Assembly (NCBI GenBank): GCA_035260545.1
Contig: DATFUZ010000066.1
Coordinates: 1-35,772 of the forward strand
Direction: 5' to 3'
Source: Gallionellaceae bacterium
GTDB taxonomy: Bacteria > Pseudomonadota > Gammaproteobacteria > Burkholderiales > Gallionellaceae
Length of the DNA stretch: 35,772 bases
Each line of letters starts with the position of its first letter. The first letter of the stretch is position 1. Position numbers and translations under genes: made by a program. Below, piece after piece: positions 1-8,119 of the stretch. The notes under the pieces were generated by a model. The model was not told where the DNA came from and did not search any database. It saw nothing but the letters and a program-made list of their open reading frames with translations.

Positions 1-1
1 G

Positions 2-1372
2 ATCCTGAAACACGTTTCAATTCCAAGCGATGCATCCGGCGCGGAACTTATTCAGATACTGGAACAAGTTATCGGAAGTAACGAACAACAGCGAAAGAAC
101 CGAGAGAAACTCCAAAGAGAGCTTAGCCACGGAGTCGCGCCACTCCCATATGCTTGGCGCCCTCGCAATGTTCTCGACGGCATATCCGATTTGCCAATGT
201 TATGGGAAATCTCGAAGGTTTCATCGTGGGGTGCGCGCCATCTGCATTTGACGATGGCAACAAACGACTGGAAGCCGACGGATCTCCCCGCTATGCGGTG
301 CCGTGTTCCGCTGCTAGATTTACTGTCGTTGATGGTGATTTCCGATCTTGATTTGTTTCGTCCACTATTTGGGCTATTTCCGAAGATTGCAGTTGGCAAG
401 GCTACAATGACAGAATTGCAGCGGCTGCTGACGCCCTTATCGGGGACCCTGTATCGGAATAAGATTGCCGCTATTCAAGTAGCACTAAAGGAGCATTTTT
501 CGCAAATTGAACAGCCCGAGGCTTCGCAGCCATCGAACGACCGCTTCGTTAGTGACCAATGGGACTCGTTAGAACTCATCGAAATAGCGAAGAGCGGGAG
601 GTACCTGGTTTACTCTGATGACGTGCTATTTAGAATCTATTCGCAACAGCCGGGAATTTGTACTCTGGACTTGCTCTGCGCGCTAGACGACACAGGCGAA
701 TTCTCTGCAAGGGACGTCGCAATGAAGATAGCAACGCTCTGCTCGTGGCGCGTCGGGCTGTCGATCACACTACGCTATCAACTCGCGATATTACCGGACG
801 CGTTAGGCGGAGCAAAAAGCATCAAAGAAGGGATCAATGTATTGTCTGCTGACGAGCACTGCAATGCACTTTTCAGCGCAATCTGGAATATTGAAAAGCC
901 ATTTGGCGATCTGCAAGGCCACGCGGGGTTGATTCTCAGGAAACTCGCCGACGACAAGAACAATTCAATAAAGAGCGTCGCGGCCCTGGCAGGTTTCTGG
1001 CTCAGCAAAGCTAAGCTGCATAAACAAGCTCCAGCGCCGATTGATCGCATGGTAGCGCTTTTAATTGGGCAGGCAACCTTTATCGAGCACCCAGTCACGG
1101 CGGAGGCTGCACATCGACTGTGGAGCGTGTATACGGATCTTATCGAGGACATCCATGGCCACCATATGGATGACGAGAAACTTTGGCAGTCTATTCGCAT
1201 CTTAGGAGAGGTAGCGGCAGAAAGCGATAGGCATCACTCGCATAGTGGCGCTAGATCATTGGGGACAAGGCTCGCCAGCGGCTTAATAACAGGCACAAGC
1301 GATTATGAGTTATTTAGCAAGGCGTACAACAGCAAGCTCATTTCTTTAGCGGCGCAAGACAAGCGGAAATGA
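2..1372 (+). CDS. Hypothetical protein, 5'-partial. Its reading frame is open from the window edge. The first ATG is at 191 and the stop is at 1372.
   Basis: This is the frame of the ORF-track entry 191..1372. I read codons from position 2 to 190 and found no stop, so the gene probably starts upstream of the window. The region is roughly 50% GC against a backbone near 65%. I recognised no family motif. Confidence 0.5.
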   Translation: MLKHVSIPSDASGAELIQILEQVIGSNEQQRKNREKLQRELSHGVAPLPYAWRPRNVLDGISDLPMLWEISKVSSWGARHLHLTMATNDWKPTDLPAMRCRVPLLDLLSLMVISDLDLFRPLFGLFPKIAVGKATMTELQRLLTPLSGTLYRNKIAAIQVALKEHFSQIEQPEASQPSNDRFVSDQWDSLELIEIAKSGRYLVYSDDVLFRIYSQQPGICTLDLLCALDDTGEFSARDVAMKIATLCSWRVGLSITLRYQLAILPDALGGAKSIKEGINVLSADEHCNALFSAIWNIEKPFGDLQGHAGLILRKLADDKNNSIKSVAALAGFWLSKAKLHKQAPAPIDRMVALLIGQATFIEHPVTAEAAHRLWSVYTDLIEDIHGHHMDDEKLWQSIRILGEVAAESDRHHSHSGARSLGTRLASGLITGTSDYELFSKAYNSKLISLAAQDKRK

Positions 1373-1528
1373 CAGTATTGCGCGAAGCTCTCGACGCTCG
1401 ACTAGCCCAGGGTTTCAATTTTAATCAGCATATGTGGGGGCTTGTACATTATCATTGTAGCGGCCAAGCTCGCATTTTCTCTCGAGAGCAGAACTGCAAG
1501 TCGAGCCTAGCACCTTTAATTTGTTAAT

Positions 1529-1963
1529 TTAGCTGGCGGAGGCTATCAGAGCGAGAATGCCTAGAACCGCGAGAAATCCGGTCCACTCCCTTGTTTGCGA
1601 GCTCTCAGAGGCGCCGCCGGTGACCCGATTGGCAAAGGTCTCACAGTTGTTGTCCAGCAAGTGGTAACCCGTACGGCCGGATACTTCCTGCTCGATCCGT
1701 CGCAAGGTCGCATCGTGCTCAGACATCGGCACCTCGCGAACTTTCTTGACCGGTTTCCCTGCGGTAAACTGTTCATACGTCACATAGTGTGGCCCCTTGT
1801 CACTGGTACTATGGGCAACGGTTCCGTCGAGAAGATGCACGCCCCAATGCTCGCCAGGTCCCGATAGCTTTGGTCGCACGATGAGTGAAATGGCGGAAGA
1901 TTGCGGAAAAGTAAGCCAACTGTAGAGACTCATAAGATCACCTATTCGAGAGGAGCCAGACAA
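1529..1963 (-). CDS. LRAT/PLAAT-like (circularly permuted NlpC/P60 papain-fold) acyltransferase/phospholipase-type enzyme with a C-terminal transmembrane anchor
   Basis: The 144-aa product has His-containing segments GEHWGVH and GYHLL upstream of a C-terminal NCETFANRV motif. That matches the LRAT-family NCEHF catalytic Cys box. A hydrophobic tail WTGFLAVLGILALIASAS follows. This His...His...Cys order with a C-terminal transmembrane helix is the LRAT/HRASLS architecture. The gene overlaps the upstream XRE gene by 26 nt, which suggests a shared operon. Composition is low-GC. Confidence 0.6.
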   Translation of the reverse strand: MSGSSRIGDLMSLYSWLTFPQSSAISLIVRPKLSGPGEHWGVHLLDGTVAHSTSDKGPHYVTYEQFTAGKPVKKVREVPMSEHDATLRRIEQEVSGRTGYHLLDNNCETFANRVTGGASESSQTREWTGFLAVLGILALIASAS

Positions 1964-2201
1964 GTGCGGCTATTACGCCAGCACCTATCAGGAGGTTTTT
2001 AACTTCGGTTTTTGCCTGCTCTGCTTGCTGTTCAGCTTTCTGCTTGAAATGTTCCATCAGTGAAACCTGGTAAGCAGACGGCACCGCCACCCCACGCTCC
2101 CATTTACTGATCGTCATAACGTGAGCATCAAATAGCTGTGCGAAATCAGCTTGGGTCAAACCAAGCGATTTCCTTAATACGGCAATCTCAGATGGCGTCA
2201 T
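1938..2201 (-). CDS. XRE-family helix-turn-helix transcriptional regulator with a C-terminal transmembrane helix
   Basis: The product starts MTPSEIAVLRKSLGLTQADFAQLFDAHVMTISKWERGVAVPSAY, a classic HTH_XRE. A coiled/charged linker (QKAEQQAEQAKTE) and a hydrophobic helix LLIGAGVIAALVWLL follow. I chose the ATG at complement(2199..2201). The ORF track extends to a TTG at 2237. Confidence 0.65.
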   Translation of the reverse strand: MTPSEIAVLRKSLGLTQADFAQLFDAHVMTISKWERGVAVPSAYQVSLMEHFKQKAEQQAEQAKTEVKNLLIGAGVIAALVWLLSNR

Positions 2202-2235
2202 TACTAAGCCCTTAAGTATGTTTAAGCATAAGCTC

Positions 2236-2261
2236 AAACTTAGTCTAAGTTTAAACTTAGG
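2236..2261. promoter_or_regulatory. Operator-like palindrome AAACTTAG-T-CTAAGTTT followed by a third direct copy AAACTTAG, immediately upstream of the XRE gene
   Basis: The arms are 8 bp, perfect, with a 1-nt spacer (2236-2252). A direct repeat of the half-site lies at 2253-2260. The element sits 35-60 nt upstream of the XRE start. That position fits an autoregulatory operator. Confidence 0.35.
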
Positions 2262-2403
2262 TCGTTGTCAATAGGCCGAATACAAGAAAAATGTTCCACC
2301 TAATGAATTAACAACACCTGACGGCCAAAAGGTGGCGTCGTGCGGTTCGCAGCGAATGACCAGAATGCGCCGCACAAATCGACACGGTCCGGGTTCTATC
2401 CGC

Positions 2404-3996
<1,593 letters not shown>

Positions 3997-4133
3997 GACT
4001 ATCTAATGAGATAATGTTATATCTTTATTTATATAGTTTTCGCATTCTCCCACGACAGCCCAGCGCCTGCAATAATACATTTCCCCCGTTATTTCAAAAC
4101 ACTATTAACTTTTTTCGGCCCTGACCGGCGCGC

Positions 4134-4149
4134 TGGCACGCTTTTCGCA
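4134..4149 (+). promoter_or_regulatory. Sigma-54 (-24/-12) promoter TGGCACG-N4-TCGCA driving the rtc operon
   Basis: The sequence is TGGCACGCTTTTCGCA. The consensus is TGGCACG-N4-TTGCA, so there is one mismatch in the -12 element. It lies in the AT-rich divergent intergenic region between rtcR and the rtc genes, where RtcR-dependent promoters sit. Confidence 0.55.
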
Positions 4150-4323
4150 AATAGGTATGCGGTCGCCGACCTGACGCAAGGCCCACGGGAAAGGGGTTCT
4201 AAGCCCCGCCGGTGCGCTGCAGCCGGATTCGGTTCTGTCGTTGCGGTGTATGCCGCCCCGCAGGAAAGTGATCACTGGCTAGAGGGCAATTTCAGTGAGT
4301 ACTCATCCTCACGAGTTGCCTGC

Positions 4324-4397
4324 CACTGGATAGCTCAGTTCGGTAGAGCAATCGACTGTTAATCGATTAGTCGCGGGTTCGAATCCCGCTCCAAAAA
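4324..4397 (+). ncRNA. tRNA-Asn-like (GUU anticodon) non-coding RNA element. It has an intact D-arm, anticodon arm and T-arm, but a degenerate acceptor stem and no CCA. It is a Y-RNA-like tRNA mimic in the rtc leader.
   Basis: The D-arm is GCTC-AGTTCGGTA-GAGC. The anticodon stem ATCGA/TCGAT carries the loop CTGTTAA (4356-4362), with the GTT anticodon at 4358-4360. The T-arm is GCGGG-TTCGAAT-CCCGC. The would-be acceptor strands are CACTGGA and TCCAAAA, which pair for only 4 bp. The 3' side continues AACTG rather than CCA. The element is on the same strand as rtcB, about 160-175 nt downstream of the sigma-54 promoter. Confidence 0.6.
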
Positions 4398-4657
4398 CTG
4401 TCTTGAACAGGCAGCTTTTAAAAACGCAGTACCCGCCGGTTGTGGCATGCGCAAGCATCCACCGCCGGCCCGGCCCGGCGCCCGGACCGCGATTGCGGCA
4501 AGGCCATGCCGGCCCGCGGCAGCGATGTAAGCCCTCATGCTTCGGCACGTGGGCAAGCAGAGCCGCCGAGGGCTCGCGGAAGCCTCCCCGCAATCGCCGA
4601 ACGGGTTGCCCGCCGGGCCGGCGCCAGACCGGCACATTTACATAAGGAGAATGGAAC

Positions 4658-5803
4658 ATGGCTATGCTGAAGCGTTTTGTGATCAAGAAGAATGAAAAGG
4701 GCGCGTTGCTGCGCAACGGCGACTTTGAGCGCATCCTGAGCGCGGGCCGCCATTACTTCTTCGACCCGCTGGGCCAGCTTTCGGTGCAGGTGTGGAAGAT
4801 CGACACCCCCATGCACGACCTGGCGACGGTGGACTACCTGGCGGAGCATGATCCGGAGGAGTTGGATGAGCACTTTGTTTGCATGACGTTGAACGAGGAC
4901 CAGGCCGGCTTGCGCTACGAGAACGATGTGCTGGTGGAGGTGCTGCCTCCCGCGTCGCGCCTGGTGCTGTGGAAGGGTTTCATGAAGCACCGCCTGGAGG
5001 TGGTAGACCTGACGCAGGACTACACGGTGAAGCCCGCGCTGGTGCGCCACCTGGCGCAGACCGCCCCGCGCGGCCGCCTGGTGAACGGGCTGAACGGCGT
5101 GCTGGTGGCGCAGGTGCCGCCCTACCATGTGGGCATGCTGAAGGTGGACGGCAAGATCGAACGCCTGCTGCAGCCCGGCGTGGAAGCGTTCTGGCGCTTC
5201 AACCGCAACATCGACGTGGTGCTGGTGGATACCCGCCTGCAAGCCATGGAGGTGAGCGGGCAGGAGATCCTCACCCATGACAAGGTGGGGCTGCGCCTGA
5301 ACCTGGCGGCGACCTGGCGCTACACCGATGTGCTGCTGGCGCACGAGAAGCTGGCGCGTCCGGCCGAGCATCTGTACCGCGAGCTGCAGTTCGGCTTGCG
5401 TGAGGCAGTGGGCACGCGCACTCTGGACGAGCTGCTGGAAAACAAGCAGGTCATCGACGAGGTGGTGGGCGCCCACGTCGCGCAGAAGCTGGCCGGCTTC
5501 GGGCTGGAGGTAGGCGGTGTCGGCGTGAAGGACATCGTGCTGCCGGGCGAGATGAAGACCATCCTGGCCCAGGTGGTGGAGGCGGAGAAGGCGGCGCAAG
5601 CCAACGTGATCCGCCGCCGCGAGGAAACCGCCGCCACCCGCTCGCTGCTGAACACGGCGAAGGTGATGGAGGAAAACCCCGTCGCCCTGCGCCTGAAGGA
5701 GCTGGAGACGCTGGAACGTGTGGCCGAGCGTATCGACCGCATCAGCGTGTTCGGCGGTCTGGACCAGGTGCTGAATGGCCTGGTGCAGATCAAGGGCGCG
5801 TAA
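4658..5803 (+). CDS. SPFH/band-7 (slipin/flotillin-like) domain protein with a ~190-aa N-terminal extension and no predicted N-terminal transmembrane helix
   Basis: The C-terminal half has the typical SPFH/band-7 segments VKDIVLPGEMKTILAQVVEAEKAAQANVIRRREETAATRSLLNTAKV and ALRLKELETLERVAERIDRISVF. The ribosome-binding site AAGGAG lies 8 nt upstream of the ATG at 4658. I could see no hydrophobic N-terminal helix. Confidence 0.8.
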   Translation: MAMLKRFVIKKNEKGALLRNGDFERILSAGRHYFFDPLGQLSVQVWKIDTPMHDLATVDYLAEHDPEELDEHFVCMTLNEDQAGLRYENDVLVEVLPPASRLVLWKGFMKHRLEVVDLTQDYTVKPALVRHLAQTAPRGRLVNGLNGVLVAQVPPYHVGMLKVDGKIERLLQPGVEAFWRFNRNIDVVLVDTRLQAMEVSGQEILTHDKVGLRLNLAATWRYTDVLLAHEKLARPAEHLYRELQFGLREAVGTRTLDELLENKQVIDEVVGAHVAQKLAGFGLEVGGVGVKDIVLPGEMKTILAQVVEAEKAAQANVIRRREETAATRSLLNTAKVMEENPVALRLKELETLERVAERIDRISVFGGLDQVLNGLVQIKGA

Positions 5804-5863
5804 TACCATGCCGCTGCCGGAAGGCGGCGGCATGGCCCATAATGAAACAAAGAGGAAGCAATC

Positions 5864-7081
5864 ATGGATTACCAACTGCTGGAAGTCGCAAACGGCAAGC
5901 CGATCAAGATGTGGACCGAAGGCGTGCCGGTGGAAGGCGAGGCGCAGAAGCAGCTGATGAACACGGCGCAGATGCCCTTCATCTACAAGCATCTGGCGGT
6001 GATGCCGGACGTGCACCTGGGTAAGGGCTCGACCATCGGCAGCGTGATTCCCACCCAGGGCGCGGTGATTCCCGCGGCCGTGGGCGTGGACATCGGCTGC
6101 GGGATGATGGCCGTGCGCACGACCCTTCAAGCCACGGACCTGCCGGATAACCTGCTGGGCCTGCGCTCCGCCATTGAGCGCGCGGTGCCGCACGGGCGCA
6201 GCAACTCCCGCGGCGGACGCGACAAGGGTGCGTGGGAAACGCCGCCGCAAAGCGTAGATGCGCATTGGGCGCAGTTGCTGCCGGGTTTCGAGCGCATCAC
6301 GGAGAAGCACCCCAAGCTCAAGAACACCAACAACCATAAGCATCTGGGGACGCTGGGAACTGGCAACCACTTCATCGAGGTGTGCCTGGACCAGGCGGAC
6401 GCGGTATGGTTCATGCTGCACTCCGGTTCGCGCGGGGTGGGGAATGCAATCGGCTCCCGCTTCATCGAGCTGGCGCAGCAGGATATGCGAGAGCACCTGG
6501 CCAACCTGCCGGACCGCGACCTGGCCTACCTGAAGGAAGGCACGCAGCACTTCGATGACTATATCGAGGCGGTGGGCTGGGCGCAAGATTTCGCCCGGCG
6601 TAACCGCGAGGTGATGATGGCCAATGTTGTGGCGGCCGCGCGCAGCGTGATCGCCAAGCCCTTCGAGACGGATGTGGCGGCGGTGAACTGCCACCACAAC
6701 TACGTGCAGAAGGAAACCCACTTCGGCGCGGAGGTGCTGGTGACCCGCAAGGGCGCGGTGTCGGCGCGGAAGGGGCAACTGGGCATCATCCCCGGCTCGA
6801 TGGGCGCGAAGAGCTACATCGTGCGCGGCCTGGGCAACGAGGAGTCGTTCTGCTCGTGCAGCCACGGCGCGGGACGCACCATGAGCCGGAACGAGGCCAA
6901 GCGCCGCTATACGGTGGACGACCAGATCAGCGCCACGGCGCATGTGGAATGCCGCAAGGATGCCGCGGTGATCGACGAGATCCCGATGGCCTACAAGGAC
7001 ATCGATGCGGTGATGCAGGCGCAGCGCGCGCTGGTCGAAGTGGTGCATACGCTGCGCCAGGTGGTCTGCGTGAAGGGCTGA
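5864..7081 (+). CDS. rtcB: RtcB RNA-splicing ligase (3'-phosphate/2',3'-cyclic phosphate to 5'-OH RNA ligase)
   Basis: The 405-aa product is near-identical in layout to E. coli RtcB. Matching segments are MPDVHLGKGSTIGSVIP, GVDIGCGM, HLGTLGTGNHFIE, CHHNYV, SCSHGAGR and the tail LRQVVCVKG. The ribosome-binding site GAGGAAG lies upstream. Confidence 0.95.
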   Translation: MDYQLLEVANGKPIKMWTEGVPVEGEAQKQLMNTAQMPFIYKHLAVMPDVHLGKGSTIGSVIPTQGAVIPAAVGVDIGCGMMAVRTTLQATDLPDNLLGLRSAIERAVPHGRSNSRGGRDKGAWETPPQSVDAHWAQLLPGFERITEKHPKLKNTNNHKHLGTLGTGNHFIEVCLDQADAVWFMLHSGSRGVGNAIGSRFIELAQQDMREHLANLPDRDLAYLKEGTQHFDDYIEAVGWAQDFARRNREVMMANVVAAARSVIAKPFETDVAAVNCHHNYVQKETHFGAEVLVTRKGAVSARKGQLGIIPGSMGAKSYIVRGLGNEESFCSCSHGAGRTMSRNEAKRRYTVDDQISATAHVECRKDAAVIDEIPMAYKDIDAVMQAQRALVEVVHTLRQVVCVKG

Positions 7082-7210
7082 AAAACTACTGCGGAAACCG
7101 CCTGCGGCGTTGTTCGGTGCTCGGCATCCTCATGTACTTAAACGTACACTGCGGTGCCTGCGCGCCGTGCGCCTTGCATCCGGCCTTCTCGCCACGTCTT
7201 TTTACCAACC

Positions 7211-7242
7211 GGAAGGTCCGGAGATTGACCTTCCTTTTTCTT
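7211..7242 (+). terminator. Rho-independent terminator or attenuator between rtcB and the downstream nucleotidyltransferase gene
   Basis: The stem is GGAAGGTC (7211-7218). The 8-nt loop is CGGAGATT. The second stem arm is GACCTTCC (7227-7234). A T-tract TTTTTCTT (7235-7242) follows immediately. Confidence 0.5.
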
Positions 7243-7243
7243 G

Positions 7244-7259
7244 AGACACAAAAGTGTGT
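7244..7259. promoter_or_regulatory. Perfect palindrome GACACA-AAAG-TGTGTC just upstream of the nucleotidyltransferase gene ribosome-binding site. It is a candidate operator or internal promoter element.
   Basis: The palindrome is 16 bp with 6-bp arms. It lies directly after the terminator and about 20 nt before the ribosome-binding site GGAGAG. Confidence 0.25.
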
Positions 7260-7278
7260 CAGTTTAATTCTGGAGAGC

Positions 7279-8100
7279 ATGATGGACAGCATCAAACCAA
7301 CCATACTCAGTGCACACCCGATACAGCCGGAGGTGCGCGCGCGCATCGTCGAGGCGCTGGAGCAGATCGAGGCGGAACACCAGGTAAAGGTGCTGTTCGC
7401 CTGCGAGTCGGGCAGCCGCGGCTGGGGCTTCGCCTCGCCGGACAGCGACTACGACGTGCGCTTCGTCTATGTGCACAAGCTGCCGTGGTACCTGACGGTG
7501 CACGCGCCGCGCGATGTGATCGAATTGCCGATCAGCGACGAGCTGGACGTGAGCGGCTGGGAACTGCGCAAGGCGCTGCAACTGCTGCGCAAATCCAACC
7601 CCACGCTGCTGGAATGGCTGGATTCGCCCGTGGTGTATCGCGAGGACGCGGCTTTCGCCGAGCGCATGCGCCGCTTCGTGCCGGAATTCTTCTCCGGACA
7701 GGGGGTGCGCCACCACTATCTGTCGATGGCGAAGAAGAACTTTCGCGGCTATCTGCAGGGCGAGAGCGTGCGGCTGAAGAAGTACCTCTACGTGCTGCGC
7801 CCGCTGCTGGCGGTGCGCTGGATAGACGGCGGGCGCGGCATGCCTCCGATGCGCTTTGCCGACCTGGCGCAGGCGACGGTGGACGACGCCGCGCTGGCGC
7901 ATGAAATCAACCGCCTGCTGGAAATCAAGATGCGCGCGGGCGAGGCGGAGTACAGCGCACGCTGGCCGGCCATCCACGACTTCATCGCGGCCGAGCTGGC
8001 GCGGGTGGAGCGCAGCCCGGAGCACGCGAGGCCGGCCGGGAGCACGGCGGTGCTGGACCGCTTCCTCGCTGAAACGGTGCGCGCGTTTTCGCGCGCCTGA
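7279..8100 (+). CDS. Pol-beta-superfamily nucleotidyltransferase domain protein (predicted NTase family associated with RNA-repair loci)
   Basis: The N-terminal segment is VLFACESGSRGWGFASPDSDYDVRFVY. This is the G[SG]-x9-13-D-x-D minimal nucleotidyltransferase signature. I chose the ATG at 7279, which has the ribosome-binding site GGAGAG 2-7 nt upstream. The ORF track extends further upstream, but that extension has GC-artefact composition. Confidence 0.8.
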   Translation: MMDSIKPTILSAHPIQPEVRARIVEALEQIEAEHQVKVLFACESGSRGWGFASPDSDYDVRFVYVHKLPWYLTVHAPRDVIELPISDELDVSGWELRKALQLLRKSNPTLLEWLDSPVVYREDAAFAERMRRFVPEFFSGQGVRHHYLSMAKKNFRGYLQGESVRLKKYLYVLRPLLAVRWIDGGRGMPPMRFADLAQATVDDAALAHEINRLLEIKMRAGEAEYSARWPAIHDFIAAELARVERSPEHARPAGSTAVLDRFLAETVRAFSRA

Positions 8101-8119
8101 GGATTAACACAGGAACTGG

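Noticed and set aside
2237-2237. TTG start for the XRE regulator (ORF-track start at 2237)
   Set aside because: It would place the operator palindrome inside the coding region. The ATG at 2201 begins exactly at the HTH N-terminus (MTPSEIAVL…), so I preferred it.
4324-4397. A genuine tRNA-Asn gene
   Set aside because: The acceptor stem pairs only 4 of 7 bp, and the 3' end is AAAAACTG with no discriminator-CCA and no compensating pairing. The D-arm, anticodon arm and T-arm are perfect. I therefore called it a tRNA-like ncRNA and not a tRNA or a pseudogene of a duplicated att site. The element is the 5' three-quarters of a tRNA, not the 3' end that integrases duplicate.
4309-4734. ORF-track entries of 141 aa and 92 aa on the minus strand, and 80 aa and 76 aa on the plus strand, across the rtc leader
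   Set aside because: They overlap the tRNA-like element and the GC-rich leader. They have no ribosome-binding sites and GC-artefact composition, so they are not credible genes.
4535-7048. An 837-aa minus-strand ORF, plus similar giant ORFs at 24135..27668 (+), 7982..9196 (-), 9276..10544 (-), 13288..14823 (-), 15102..16316 (-), 16063..17244 (-), 19784..21163 (+), 27370..28911 (+) and 32598..34367 (+)
   Set aside because: Each is antisense to, or frame-shifted within, a gene with a clear family match (rtcB, sucA, rtcA, the RNB exoribonuclease gene, aroE, gltA, sdhA and others). Their translations are Arg/Ala/Pro/Gly/His-rich and low in complexity. That pattern is typical of stop-codon-poor alternative frames in about 65% GC DNA.
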